This document shows positions 32,438-42,592 of a stretch of DNA of 64,000 nt, piece after piece. A program made the position numbers and the translations under genes. The notes beneath the pieces are model-generated. The model was not told the origin of the DNA. It ran no database searches and worked only from the letters and a program-made list of their open reading frames with translations. Location of the stretch: assembly GCA_965203055.1 (NCBI GenBank), contig OZ241863.1, forward strand, positions 3,680,001 to 3,744,000. The letters are read 5' to 3'. Each line of letters starts with the position of its first letter. The stretch's first letter is position 1. Source of the DNA: Spirochaetia bacterium. Its GTDB lineage: Bacteria > Spirochaetota > Spirochaetia > SZUA-6 > Bin103.

Positions 32438-33997
32438 ATGAGTGACGGCGCGATGCCGGACGTCCTTGCCCGGCGGCGCCGCACGCGGGCGCAGATGCTG
32501 CAGGGCGGCGGTGCGGCGCGGGTGGAAGCGCAGCACCGGAAGGGCAAGCTCACCGCGCGCGAACGTCTCGACCTGTTGCTCGACGAGCGCTCGTTCATCG
32601 AGCAGCAGCCCTACGTTACGTTGCGCGCCGCCGACTTCGGACTGGAGCGGCGCCGGAGTCTGGGCGACGGCGTGGTCAGCGGCAGCGGGCTGGTGGACGG
32701 GCGCCAGGTATTCGTCGCCGCGCAGGACTTCACGGTCAACGGCGGTTCCCTGGGCGAGATGCACGCCGAGCGCATCGTCGCCGCGCAGCGCGACGCCCTC
32801 ACCAACCGCGTGCCGTTCATTCAGGTCAACGATTCCGGCGGCGCCCGGATTCAGGAAGGGGTGCTGTCGCTCAACGGATACGCCCGCATCTTCCGCGCCA
32901 ACACGGCCGCCTCCGGCGTAATCCCGCAACTCTCGATCATTCTGGGTCCCTGCGCCGGCGGCGCCGTCTACTCGCCGGCGATCACCGACTTCATCTTCAT
33001 GGTGGACGGGGTGAGCAACATGTTCATCACCGGGCCGCAGGTAATCGCCACGGTGACCGGCGAGAAGATCAGCTCGGAGGACCTCGGCGGGTCGGCAGCG
33101 CACTGCAGCCGCAGCGGAGTGGCTCACTTCCGGTTCGCGTCCGAGCAGGATTGCCTGCAGGGGGTGCGCAACCTGCTGGCCTATCTGCCGGCCCACAACG
33201 GCGAAGACCCGCCGTTGCGGCCCGGCGGCGACGACGTCGACCGCGCCACGCCGGAGCTGCTGCAACTGGTGCCGGCCGACCCGCGGCGCGGTTACGACGT
33301 GAAGCAGGTGATCACGGCGCTGGTCGACCGCGGCAGCTTCCTGGAGGTCCACGCCGAGTACGCCGCCAACGTGGTGGTCGGGTTCGCGCGCCTGGCCGGC
33401 CGCACCGTCGGCATGTTCGCCAATCAGCCCAACGTGTACGCCGCCTCGCTGGACATCAACTCGTCCGACAAGGCGGCCCGCTTCCTGCGGTTCTGCGACG
33501 CCTTCAACGTTCCCATCATCGCCCTGGTGGATGTCCCCGGGTTCCTGCCGGGCGTGGCCCAGGAACACGGCGGCATCATCCGCCACGGCGCGAAGATTCT
33601 CTACGCCATCGCCGAGGCGACGGTGCCGAAGGTGGCGCTGATTCTACGCAAGGCGTACGGGGGGGCGTTCATCGCCATGGCCTCCAAGTCGCTGGGCTAT
33701 GACCGCGTGCTGGCCCTGCCGGGCGCGGAAGTTGCGGTAATGGGCGCCGAGGGCGCCGCCAACGTCATCTTCGCGCGCGACATCAAGGCGGCCGAGGATC
33801 CGGCCGCGATGCGCAAGCAGAAAATCGCGGAGTTTCACGAGAGCGTCATGACCCCTTACATCGCCGCCGGCTACGGGTTCGTGGACGACGTCATCGATCC
33901 CGCCGCGGCGCGCGCCGAGCTGGTGCGGTCGGTGGAGATGTACGCGCGCAAACGCGAATCGCGGCCGCCGAAGAAGCACGGCAACATCCCCCTCTGA
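32438..33997 (+). CDS. Acyl-CoA carboxyltransferase subunit (methylmalonyl-CoA decarboxylase alpha-like)
   Basis: DSGGARIQEG, GPCAGGAVYSPA, DVPGFLPG, KKHGNIPL. Confidence 0.92.
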   Translation: MSDGAMPDVLARRRRTRAQMLQGGGAARVEAQHRKGKLTARERLDLLLDERSFIEQQPYVTLRAADFGLERRRSLGDGVVSGSGLVDGRQVFVAAQDFTVNGGSLGEMHAERIVAAQRDALTNRVPFIQVNDSGGARIQEGVLSLNGYARIFRANTAASGVIPQLSIILGPCAGGAVYSPAITDFIFMVDGVSNMFITGPQVIATVTGEKISSEDLGGSAAHCSRSGVAHFRFASEQDCLQGVRNLLAYLPAHNGEDPPLRPGGDDVDRATPELLQLVPADPRRGYDVKQVITALVDRGSFLEVHAEYAANVVVGFARLAGRTVGMFANQPNVYAASLDINSSDKAARFLRFCDAFNVPIIALVDVPGFLPGVAQEHGGIIRHGAKILYAIAEATVPKVALILRKAYGGAFIAMASKSLGYDRVLALPGAEVAVMGAEGAANVIFARDIKAAEDPAAMRKQKIAEFHESVMTPYIAAGYGFVDDVIDPAAARAELVRSVEMYARKRESRPPKKHGNIPL

Positions 33998-34008
33998 GGC
34001 GGCCCGGA

Positions 34009-34293
34009 ATGGATCAGCAGCCGCTCGCCTTCGCCGGCATCGTGACCATCCTCGGCATGGGGGTGGTGTTTTCCTTCCTCGCCCTGTTGAGCGTGGGGAT
34101 GCTGGGGCTGCGCCGCCTGCAGCGCCGCGCCGCCGCCCCCGCGCCGGGCGCGCCCGGCGCCGCGCCCGAGCCCGCGGCGGCGCGCCATGACGCGCGCTGG
34201 GTGGCGGCCGCGGTGGCCGCGTACCTGTCTCACCAGGGCCGCTTCGACGAGGTGATCGCGGCGCCGTGGGAGCCGTCGCAGAGGCGCCCGTGA
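34009..34293 (+). CDS. OadG/MmdD-type membrane anchor subunit
   Basis: GMGVVFSFL TM helix, Ala/Pro linker, VAAAVAAY; operon position. Confidence 0.8.
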   Translation: MDQQPLAFAGIVTILGMGVVFSFLALLSVGMLGLRRLQRRAAAPAPGAPGAAPEPAAARHDARWVAAAVAAYLSHQGRFDEVIAAPWEPSQRRP

Positions 34294-34736
34294 AGCAGCA
34301 GGTTTCGTTCGAGTACGAGGGCCGCGCCTACACCGTTGCGGTGGAGCGCCGCGGCGACACGCTGACCATCGAAAGCGAAGGCCAGCGCTACGAGGTCACC
34401 TTGACCGGCAGCGCCGGCGGCGCCGGGCAGCCGGCCGGCCCGCCCGCTCCCGCGCCCGCGCCCGTTGCCCCCCCGGCGCCGGCGGCACCCGCGCCTACGC
34501 CGGCCGGCGTCGCCGGTCCCGGCGACGTGGTAGCGCCGATGACCGGGACCATCCGCGAGGTTCGCACGCAAGTGGGGGCCGCGGTGGTGGAAGGCCAGGT
34601 GCTGTTCATCATGGAAGCGATGAAGATGGACCTGGAGGTACCGGTGGCGGTAGCCGGTTCGATCACCGAGATTGCCGTGCAGGCGGGGGACAGCGTGGTC
34701 GAGGCGCAGCTCCTGGCGCGCGTCGCCGCCGGCTGA
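34290..34736 (+). CDS. Biotin carboxyl carrier subunit
   Basis: APMTG, EAMKM biotinylation motif; GTGA overlap. Confidence 0.9.
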   Translation: MKQQVSFEYEGRAYTVAVERRGDTLTIESEGQRYEVTLTGSAGGAGQPAGPPAPAPAPVAPPAPAAPAPTPAGVAGPGDVVAPMTGTIREVRTQVGAAVVEGQVLFIMEAMKMDLEVPVAVAGSITEIAVQAGDSVVEAQLLARVAAG

Positions 34737-34741
34737 CCGCC

Positions 34742-35905
34742 ATGGAGCTGATCGGGAAGTTCTTTGCCAACAGCGGCGTCGCCGGTCTGATCCAGCTCGG
34801 CCCGGACTGGTGGCGCCCCCTGGTGATGCTGGGCGTGGGCGGTCTGCTGATCTACCTGGCCATCGCCAAGGAGTACGAGCCGCTGCTGCTGCTGCCGATC
34901 GGCTTCGCGGCGATCCTGGTCAATCTGCCGCTCACCGAAATGTTCCACGGCAAGGCAACGCTGCTCGACCAACTCATGGGCGAGACGGTGCCCGGCCTGC
35001 TCGACTACGTGTTCTTCGGTCTCTCCACCGGGGTGTTCCCGCCGCTGATCTTCCTCGGTCTGGGGGCGATGACCGACTTCAGCCCGCTGCTGGCCAAGCC
35101 GCAGACGTTCCTGTTGGGGGCCGCCGCCCAGTTCGGCATCTTCGGCACCCTGCTCGCGGCGCAGGCATTCGACTTCACCTTCGCCGAGGCCGCCTCCATC
35201 GCCATCATCGGCGGCGCTGACGGACCGACCGCCATCTACGTCACTTCGCGCCTCGCCGATCATCTGCTGGGGGCGGTGGCGGTGGCCGCCTACTCCTACA
35301 TGGCGCTGGTACCGATCATCCAGCCGCCCATCATCCGCCTGCTCACCACCAAGCGGGAGCGGGCGGTGGTGATGTCGGAGGTGCCGCCGGTGCCGCGTTC
35401 CATCCGCATCCTGTTCCCGATCGCGATCACCCTGAGCGCGGCGCTGCTGGTACCGCCGGCCACGCCGCTCATCGGCATGCTGATGTTCGGCAACCTGCTG
35501 CGCGAGGCCGGCGTGGTGGAGCGGCTGTCGAAGGCGGCGCAGAACGAGCTGACCAACCTGATCACCATCTTCCTCGGCCTGGCGGTAGGGTCCAAGCTCA
35601 CCGCGGCCGAGTTCCTGACCACCGACACGCTGCTGATCATCGCTCTGGGCCTGGCGGCGTTCGCCGTCGGCACCGCCTCCGGCGTACTGCTCGGCAAGCT
35701 GCTCTACCTGCTGTCCGGCGGCAAGGTGAATCCGATGATCGGCGCCGCGGGCGTGTCGGCGGTGCCGATGGCGGCGCGCGTGGTGCAGCGCATGGGCCAG
35801 CGCGAGAACCCCAACAACTTCCTGCTGATGAACGCCATCGGCCCCAACTACGCCGGCGTGATCGGTTCCGCAGTCGCCGCCGGCGTGCTCATGGCCCTGG
35901 CCTGA
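34742..35905 (+). CDS. Na+-translocating decarboxylase beta subunit
   Basis: YEPLLLLPIGF, IIGGADGPT, GVSAVPMAARV. Confidence 0.95.
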   Translation: MELIGKFFANSGVAGLIQLGPDWWRPLVMLGVGGLLIYLAIAKEYEPLLLLPIGFAAILVNLPLTEMFHGKATLLDQLMGETVPGLLDYVFFGLSTGVFPPLIFLGLGAMTDFSPLLAKPQTFLLGAAAQFGIFGTLLAAQAFDFTFAEAASIAIIGGADGPTAIYVTSRLADHLLGAVAVAAYSYMALVPIIQPPIIRLLTTKRERAVVMSEVPPVPRSIRILFPIAITLSAALLVPPATPLIGMLMFGNLLREAGVVERLSKAAQNELTNLITIFLGLAVGSKLTAAEFLTTDTLLIIALGLAAFAVGTASGVLLGKLLYLLSGGKVNPMIGAAGVSAVPMAARVVQRMGQRENPNNFLLMNAIGPNYAGVIGSAVAAGVLMALA

Positions 35906-35919
35906 AGCGGACCGCCACG

Positions 35920-37149
35920 GTGCCTCTGGACCCGCGCGCCATCATCGCCCGCGGCGAGAACGCCAAGACCGAGTTCAAGCGCGACGACCGCGGCCTGCGC
36001 CCGCCGCGGCTGGCGCGGGAGATAGTCGCCTTCGCCAACATGAACGGCGGCCTGATCGTGCTCGGAGTGGATGACGACGGCACGGTATCCGGCGTCACCC
36101 GCGACAACCTCCAGGCCTGGCTGATGGACACCGTAATCGGGCGCCACGTCGACCCGCAGCTCATTCCCGACTACGAGGAGTTCATCGTGGACGGCAAGCC
36201 GATCGCCATCGTCACCGTCCCCGCGGGCGCGGCCAAGCCGTACGGCGTGCGCCAGCAGGATCGGATCGACTATTACGTACGGCTCGGCGATGCCACGCAA
36301 CGCGCCGGCCGCGAGCAGATGGCGCGTCTGTTTCAGTCCGGCGGCCTGGTGTCGGTAGAGAAGATGCCGGTCCGCGGCAGCTCCCTCGCCGATCTGGACC
36401 TGCGCCGCCTGGAGGACTACTTCCTGAACATCCTGGGCGAGGAGCGGGTGGACGACTGGCAACGCACCCTGCTCAATCGCGAGCTGCTGATTGCCGACGA
36501 ATGGCGGCCCGAGGCGCGCTGCTGCTCCTATGCCGCGTGCGTGCTGTTCGCGCGGGAGCCCCGGCGCCGCATGCCGCAGGCCGGGATACGGCTGCTGGTG
36601 TTTCCCGGCACCGACCTCGACTACGACGCCAATCTGGACGAAGTGCTGGACCTTCCCTTCGTCGGCTTGCAGGAACGCCGCGAACGAAAGTTCGTCGAGC
36701 AGTCCCTGCCCAACCGGGTGCTCAGCTACCTGCAGCCGCACCTCAGCCGGGAGCGGCTGGAGGGGATGCGGCGGCACCGGCACTGGGACTATCCCACGGA
36801 GGTGATCCGCGAGCTGCTGGTGAACGCCTTCGCGCACCGCGACTGGACGCGTCCCACCGACGTGCAGATCACCATCTTCGCCGACCGCCTCGAAGTGAAC
36901 AGCCCGGGCTCCCTGCCCAACGGCGTAACCGTGGAGAAGGCCAAGGAGGGATTGCGCGTCCCGCGGAACTCCAACATCGTGAACATCCTGCGCGACTATG
37001 ACTTCATGGAGCATCGCGGCATGGGAATCCGCCGCAAGGTGATCCCCCTCACCCGCGCTCACAACGGCACCGAGCCGGAGTTCGAGGCGACCGACGATTA
37101 CTTCAAGGTGACCCTGTGGAAGGACCGGTCGAGGTCGCCCGCGCCGTAA
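35920..37149 (+). CDS. Second AlbA_2 + HATPase_c_4 domain protein
   Basis: GENAKTEFK, AFANMNGG..LGVDDDG, RELLVNAFAHRD, EHRGMG. Confidence 0.85.
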   Translation: MPLDPRAIIARGENAKTEFKRDDRGLRPPRLAREIVAFANMNGGLIVLGVDDDGTVSGVTRDNLQAWLMDTVIGRHVDPQLIPDYEEFIVDGKPIAIVTVPAGAAKPYGVRQQDRIDYYVRLGDATQRAGREQMARLFQSGGLVSVEKMPVRGSSLADLDLRRLEDYFLNILGEERVDDWQRTLLNRELLIADEWRPEARCCSYAACVLFAREPRRRMPQAGIRLLVFPGTDLDYDANLDEVLDLPFVGLQERRERKFVEQSLPNRVLSYLQPHLSRERLEGMRRHRHWDYPTEVIRELLVNAFAHRDWTRPTDVQITIFADRLEVNSPGSLPNGVTVEKAKEGLRVPRNSNIVNILRDYDFMEHRGMGIRRKVIPLTRAHNGTEPEFEATDDYFKVTLWKDRSRSPAP

Positions 37150-37170
37150 CCCCGCTACGCCCCCCGGCCG

Positions 37171-38763
37171 CTACCTGCGGTCAAGGGAATCGTCGCGGTA
37201 GTGGCTGCCCAGACTGCGCGGGTTGCGCAGCGCGGCGTAGGTCACCAGCAGCGCGGTCTGGACGGCGTTGCGCAACGTGAGCAGCCGCGGGGTGAGCCGG
37301 TTGTCGGCGTAGAAGCTGTCGATCTCGGTCTTCAGCTCGCGCAGCAGGTGGGTGGCGCGGTCCAGTCGCTTGGAGGTGCGCACCAACCCGACGTAGTTCC
37401 ACATGGTGTTGCGGATCAGGCTCAGGTCCTGGGTGATCAGCTCGTCGTCGGGTTCGGCCTCGGGCATCACCCACGGCCGCACGGCCGGCAGGTGGAAGCT
37501 GCCGCCGGCGATCTCCGCGGCATGCTGGCGCGCCGCCTGGACGCCCATCACCACGCACTCCAGCAGCGAGGTGCTGGCCAGTCGGTTGGCGCCGTGAAGC
37601 CCGGTGCACGCGGTCTCGCCGATGGCGCTGAGATGGGCGATGTTGGTGTTGCCCGCCATGTCGGTGTGGATGCCGCCGCAGGCGTAGTGGGCCGCCGGCA
37701 CCACCGGGATCGGCTGGCGCGTCATGTCCACCCCGGCGGCCGTCAGGTGCGCGTCGATGGTGGGAAAGCGGCGGCGCGCGTAGTCGGGATCGACCCGGGA
37801 CAGATCGATGTAGACCGAGTCGCTCGCGCTCTTGAGCAGCTCGGTGTGGATGGAGCGCGCGATCACGTCGCGCGGCGCCAGCGATCCCAGGGGATGGTAC
37901 CGCTCCATGAACGCCGCGCCCTGGTGGTTGACCAACACGCCGCCTTCGCCGCGCACCGCTTCCGACACCAGAAACGGGCGCTGCCCCGGATGGTGGAACA
38001 CGGTGGGATGGAACTGTACGTACTCCAGGTCGATCACCCGCGCGCCCACCCGGTAGGCCATCGCGATGCCGTGGCCAAACGCGCCGCGGTCGTTGGTGCT
38101 GTGCAGGTAGAGCTGCCCCAGCCCGCCGGTGGCCAGCACCGTCTTCCTGGCGACGATGGCGCGTACCTGTCCCTGCGCCACCTCCAGCACGTAGGCGCCG
38201 ATGCAGCTCAGCGGGCGGTAGCGGTCCAGGAAGTCCACCGAGCTGTGCGACAGGGTGAGCAGATCCACCGCGAAGGCGCCGGTGGCGAGCGTCAGGCTGC
38301 CGCCGCCGGGCAACGGGCCGGCCGCGGCAAGCTGTCTCAGACGCCGGTGGAGGGCGCCGAGGATGGCGCGCCCGGTATGGTCCTTGGCGTAGATGATGCG
38401 GTGGCGGGAATGGGAGGCCTCGCGGGTAAAGCTGAGCGCGCCGTCGGCGCCGCGGTCGAAGGCGACCTGCAGGTCGTCGATCAGCAGCTCGCGCACCACG
38501 CGCGGGCCGGCGGCGACCAGCGCGTCCACCGCCGCCGGGTTGGCGGTGTGGGCGCTGGCGGCGTCGATGTCGGCGCGCAGCAGGGCGCCGTCCACCTCGT
38601 CGAAGATGATGCCGCCCTGGGCCCACCTGCTATTGCTGGCCTGCAGCTCGCCGGCGCCGGTGATCAGAGTGACCTGGAGGCCGGCGCGCGCCGCCTGCAG
38701 CGCGTAGACCGCGCCGGCGGCGCCGGCGCCGATCACCAGGCAGTCGGTGCGCGTAGTGGTCAT
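37171..38763 (-). CDS. nadB: L-aspartate oxidase
   Basis: NSRWAQGG, REASHS, VQFHPT, SEAVRGEG, LHGANRLASTSLLE. Confidence 0.94.
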   Translation of the reverse strand: MTTTRTDCLVIGAGAAGAVYALQAARAGLQVTLITGAGELQASNSRWAQGGIIFDEVDGALLRADIDAASAHTANPAAVDALVAAGPRVVRELLIDDLQVAFDRGADGALSFTREASHSRHRIIYAKDHTGRAILGALHRRLRQLAAAGPLPGGGSLTLATGAFAVDLLTLSHSSVDFLDRYRPLSCIGAYVLEVAQGQVRAIVARKTVLATGGLGQLYLHSTNDRGAFGHGIAMAYRVGARVIDLEYVQFHPTVFHHPGQRPFLVSEAVRGEGGVLVNHQGAAFMERYHPLGSLAPRDVIARSIHTELLKSASDSVYIDLSRVDPDYARRRFPTIDAHLTAAGVDMTRQPIPVVPAAHYACGGIHTDMAGNTNIAHLSAIGETACTGLHGANRLASTSLLECVVMGVQAARQHAAEIAGGSFHLPAVRPWVMPEAEPDDELITQDLSLIRNTMWNYVGLVRTSKRLDRATHLLRELKTEIDSFYADNRLTPRLLTLRNAVQTALLVTYAALRNPRSLGSHYRDDSLDRR

Positions 38764-39599
38764 CGCCGCCCCAGGAGGTCGAGCCCCAGATCGGGCCGGC
38801 GCGCCGCGCCGGTGATGGCGCTGGTGGAGATCACCTGGGCGCCGGCCGCGGCGTAGTCGGCCAGCGACTCCGGGGTAACGCCGCCCGACACTTCGATGAG
38901 CGCGCGGCCGGCCACCACCGCCACCGCTTCGCGCACCGCCGCGGGAGACATGTTGTCGAGCAGAATGACGTCGGCGCCGGCCGCCGCCGCCTCCCGCACC
39001 TGCGCCAGGGTATCGGTCTCCACCTCGATGCGGGCGACGTGGGACGCCTGCGCCCGCGCCCGGCGCAGCGCGGCGGTGATGCCGCCGGCCACGGCGACGT
39101 GGTTGTCCTTGATCATCACGCAGTCGGCCAGCGAGGCGCGGTGGTTGCGCCCGCCGCCGCAGCGCACCGCGTACTTTTCCAGTTCGCGCAGCCCGGGGGT
39201 GGTCTTGCGCGTCTCGCACACCACCGCCGAGGTACCGCGCAGCCGCTCCACGCAGGCGCGGGCCGCGGTGGCGATGCCGGACAGATGTTGCAGCAGGTTG
39301 AGGGCAGTGCGTTCGGCGGCCAGGATCGCGCGCGCGCGGCCGGCCACGTACAGCAGCCGCTGCCCGGCGGCCGCGGCCGCGCCGTCGGCCAGCGCCAGCT
39401 CCACGTGCAGGTCGGGATCGAGGCGCCGGAACACGTGGGCCGCAATCTCGCCGCCGCTGACCACCAGCGGCTCGCGCGCCACCACCGCGGCCCGGCACTC
39501 GGCGTCGGCCGGCACCACCGCGGAGCCGGTCGCGTCACCCAGCCCCAGGTCCTCCTCCAGGGCGGCTTCGATGACCCGCCGCGCGGAGAACGGAATCAC
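38760..39599 (-). CDS. nadC: Quinolinate phosphoribosyltransferase
   Basis: AERTALN, TRKTTPG, IKDNH, ILLDN. Confidence 0.96.
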   Translation of the reverse strand: MIPFSARRVIEAALEEDLGLGDATGSAVVPADAECRAAVVAREPLVVSGGEIAAHVFRRLDPDLHVELALADGAAAAAGQRLLYVAGRARAILAAERTALNLLQHLSGIATAARACVERLRGTSAVVCETRKTTPGLRELEKYAVRCGGGRNHRASLADCVMIKDNHVAVAGGITAALRRARAQASHVARIEVETDTLAQVREAAAAGADVILLDNMSPAAVREAVAVVAGRALIEVSGGVTPESLADYAAAGAQVISTSAITGAARRPDLGLDLLGRR

Positions 39600-39615
39600 C
39601 GGCGCCCGCTCCGCT

Positions 39616-40644
39616 TCAGGGAGTGAGCTCGAACATGCGCTCGAGGGAGCGCAGCGCCGCCGCCCGCACCGTCTCGTCGAGCTCGATGATCTGGTGCGGC
39701 TGCGGATCGACCAGCACGTCGCGGATCTTCTTGAGGCTGTTGAGCTTCATGTAGGGACACAGCCGGCAGGAACCGATGAACTGCTTGCCGGGGTTCTCCA
39801 CCTCCACGCGGCTCACCAGCCCGCACTCGGTGAGCAGCATGAAGTACGCCGCGTCGGTGGCGCGCACGTACTCCATCATCTTGCCGGTACTGCCCACGAA
39901 GTCGCTGGCCGCGGTGACGTCGGTGGGGCACTCCGGGTGGCTCACCACCTTGACGCCGGGGTAGCGGGCGCGCGCCGCGGCGATCGCCTCGGCCGTGAAC
40001 TGATCGTGCACCAGGCAGGTGCCGTCCGAGCCGTGGATCACCTTGTCGCTGCCGCGCGCGGCCATCTCGCGGCGGATGTTGGCGGCCATCAGGCGGTCGG
40101 GAACGAACAGGATCTCGCGCTGCGGCAGCCGTTCGATGATGGAGTAGACGTTGCCGGAGGTGACGCACACGTCGCTCGCCGCCTTCACCTCGGCGGAGCT
40201 GTTGATGTAGCACACCACGGCCGCTTCCGGGTAGCGCGCCTTGAGCGCCAGCAGCTCGGCGCCGGTGAGGGAATCTGCCAGCGAGCAGCCGGAGGCGACG
40301 TCGGGCACCACCACCAGGGCGTCGGGACAGAGGATCTTGGCGGTCTCGGCCATGAACACCACGCCGGCGAATACGATCACCTCGGCGGCGGAGTCGCGCG
40401 CTTCCAGGCTGAGCGCGTAGGAGTCGCTCTTGAAGTCGGCCACGCCGTACACGATTTCGGGATTGACGTAGGAGTGGGCCAGGATGATGGCGTTCTTCCG
40501 CGCCTTGAGCCGGTTGATCTCGGCCGTGAGGGGGGCGACCTCGTAGCAGCGCTCCAGAGTCCATTGGGCGCCGGGCTGACACTCCACGTGCAGCAGATTG
40601 GAGAACAGCCGTTCCGCTTCCTGTGCCACTGCGCCGGCAGGCAT
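39616..40644 (-). CDS. nadA: Quinolinate synthase
   Basis: ILAHSY, GVVFMAETAK, GCSLAD, YINS, HPEC, CPYMK. Confidence 0.95.
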   Translation of the reverse strand: MPAGAVAQEAERLFSNLLHVECQPGAQWTLERCYEVAPLTAEINRLKARKNAIILAHSYVNPEIVYGVADFKSDSYALSLEARDSAAEVIVFAGVVFMAETAKILCPDALVVVPDVASGCSLADSLTGAELLALKARYPEAAVVCYINSSAEVKAASDVCVTSGNVYSIIERLPQREILFVPDRLMAANIRREMAARGSDKVIHGSDGTCLVHDQFTAEAIAAARARYPGVKVVSHPECPTDVTAASDFVGSTGKMMEYVRATDAAYFMLLTECGLVSRVEVENPGKQFIGSCRLCPYMKLNSLKKIRDVLVDPQPHQIIELDETVRAAALRSLERMFELTP

Positions 40645-40770
40645 CGCGTGTAACCGTCTAGATACTCACCCGGCCGGACCGATGTCAACGGCGCGCGCGG
40701 GCGGCTCCAGGAAAATCCCATGCTACAGAGGCTGGTCGGAGCCGCGCCGACGCGGGGGCCGGAGTGGCGA

Positions 40771-40850
40771 GCGACAATCAAGATGAGAACGTAGCGGCTG
40801 CCTCCGGCGGAGGGGAATGGGACAGCGGGTGGCGCACCTGAGGGCCTGGT
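40771..40850 (+). mobile_element. Isolated degenerate IS21-type left end
   Basis: GCGACAATCAAGATGAGAA (40771-40789) is identical to the reverse complement of 17192-17210 and is followed by a similar GCCTCCG..GAGG stretch. Confidence 0.65.
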
Positions 40851-40977
40851 CCCGACCGTCGTCGCACAGTTGGCCCCGGACGGCGACCGGATGGGAGCGC
40901 GGGGCGTGATTCCGCGCTGCGCGGAGAAGATGGTGCGGGATGCGGCGCACCGTGCGGTGGAGGCGGGAACGGTATGA

Positions 40978-41165
40978 AATACGATTCAGAAGCCGGAGCA
41001 GCTCATCGAGCGGTTGGTAAACGCCAGCTCATGCGAGGGCGATCTGGTGCTTGATCCGTTTGCCGGAGTAGGCACCTGCCCGGCGGTATGCAAGCGTCTC
41101 GGGCGCCGTTTTATCGGCATCGAGAGAGACGAGGAGTTTGTACGGGCGGCAAGAATCGACTGCGT
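40978..41165 (+). pseudogene. C-terminal fragment of a beta-class DNA methyltransferase
   Basis: QKPEQLIERLV..GDLVLDPFAGVGT..LGRRFIGIE; in-frame stop just upstream, no catalytic PPY half. Confidence 0.8.
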
Positions 41166-42592
41166 CAGATCGAAGACGTGGATTCGGTTCCGAGCACGTC
41201 CGGCGGATGCCGCGTGTGCCAGTCGGTCAGCTCCTGGTAGGCGGCGGCGACTGCCAGCACCACGTTCTCGTCATAGGCTCGGCCCAGGATCTGCAGGCCG
41301 GCCGGCAAGCCTGCTTCGGTGAATCCCATCGGCACGGAGATCGCCGGCAGTCCAACGCAGCTCCCGAACGCCCCCAACGGGTCGGCGGCCCACTCCCTCG
41401 GTTCCTCGACCCACGGCCGATCCGCCGGCGGCGCAGCTTTCGGCTGCGTGGGCGACACCAGCGCGTCGTACCGCTCCAGCAGCCGGTCGATCGCCACCGC
41501 GATCGTGCGCCGCAGGCGCAAGGCACGGAGATAGTCGGTGGCCAGCATCGCGGTACGGGGATAGACGCCCCGGCGCCCCTCCGGTGCCGTGAGCTGCGTG
41601 GTGATGCCGCTCTCGATGATCTCCTCCATGACGCTGGCCGATTCGGCCAGGAAGATCGCGCTGGACACCGCGGCGTAGGGCAGGTCGGGAAGCTCGACCT
41701 CCTCGACCTCGGCCACCTCGGCCAGCGCCGCCAGCGCCTCCCGAAAGCGGTCGCGTACGCCAGGTTCGGAGCCGTCCGGCACTCCCTTGGGGACCGCCAG
41801 CCGGAAGCGCCCGCGCTCGGGACGGTACGGGAGATACCGGTATGGCCGTGTGGTGGTCGCCTCGTCGCGCCGGTCATGGCCGGCGATTGCCTCTAGCACG
41901 AGGCCGCAGTCGGCGGCGGTCAGGCATATCGGTCCTGGCTTGTCCATCCCGAAGGTGAGGGGCATACCGCCGTGGCGGCTCACCCGGCCGAAGGTCGGAC
42001 GCAGCCCGGACACGCCGCAGCAGCACGCCGGCACCAGGATCGAACCCCAGGTCTCGGTGCCGATCGCGAACGGCACCAGACCCGCGGCGACCGCCGCTCC
42101 CGAACCGGTCGACGAACCGCCGCTCCAGACGCCGCGGTCCCAAGGGTTGAGACCGGGACCGGTGAACGAAGCGTCCGCGCGGCCGTAGCGCGCCCCGCCG
42201 GCCAACTCCACCAACGCCAGTTTCGCGGCCAGCACGGCGCCGCCCGCTTGCAGCTTGCGGACGATCGTGGCGTCGTAATCGAACGCCTGCTCCCGTAGTG
42301 GCCCTGCGCCCCAGGTCGTCGGGTAGCATGCGGTGGCAAAGAGGTCCTTGAGGCCGTAGGGGATGCCGTGCAGCGGCCCGCGGTAGCGGCCGGCGGCGAT
42401 CTCGCGCTCGGCCTGCCGCGCCTGCGACTCCGCCAGCTCCGCGGTCAGGGTCACCACCGCGTGGTAGCGCGGCCCAAGCCTTTCCAGCCGGTCGAGGAAG
42501 AGGCGGGTCAGCGCGGCCGGGGAGACCTGCCGCGCCCGCACGCGCTCGGCCAACTCGCGCAACGGCAGGAATACCGCGTCGCGCTCCGTCAC
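41165..42592 (-). CDS. Amidase-signature family enzyme
   Basis: GPLHGIPYGLKD, GGSSTGS, IGTETWGS. Confidence 0.9.
   Translation of the reverse strand: MTERDAVFLPLRELAERVRARQVSPAALTRLFLDRLERLGPRYHAVVTLTAELAESQARQAEREIAAGRYRGPLHGIPYGLKDLFATACYPTTWGAGPLREQAFDYDATIVRKLQAGGAVLAAKLALVELAGGARYGRADASFTGPGLNPWDRGVWSGGSSTGSGAAVAAGLVPFAIGTETWGSILVPACCCGVSGLRPTFGRVSRHGGMPLTFGMDKPGPICLTAADCGLVLEAIAGHDRRDEATTTRPYRYLPYRPERGRFRLAVPKGVPDGSEPGVRDRFREALAALAEVAEVEEVELPDLPYAAVSSAIFLAESASVMEEIIESGITTQLTAPEGRRGVYPRTAMLATDYLRALRLRRTIAVAIDRLLERYDALVSPTQPKAAPPADRPWVEEPREWAADPLGAFGSCVGLPAISVPMGFTEAGLPAGLQILGRAYDENVVLAVAAAYQELTDWHTRHPPDVLGTESTSSI

Noticed and set aside
37171..39498. Apparent N-terminally extended fusions in the ORF track (nadB, pyrG, fba, MMPL, LolA-like)
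   Set aside because: The extensions are off-frame read-through of upstream genes; real starts lie at the overlap junctions
41165..42592. gatA call for the amidase
   Set aside because: No gatB nearby and the motifs are those of a generic amidase
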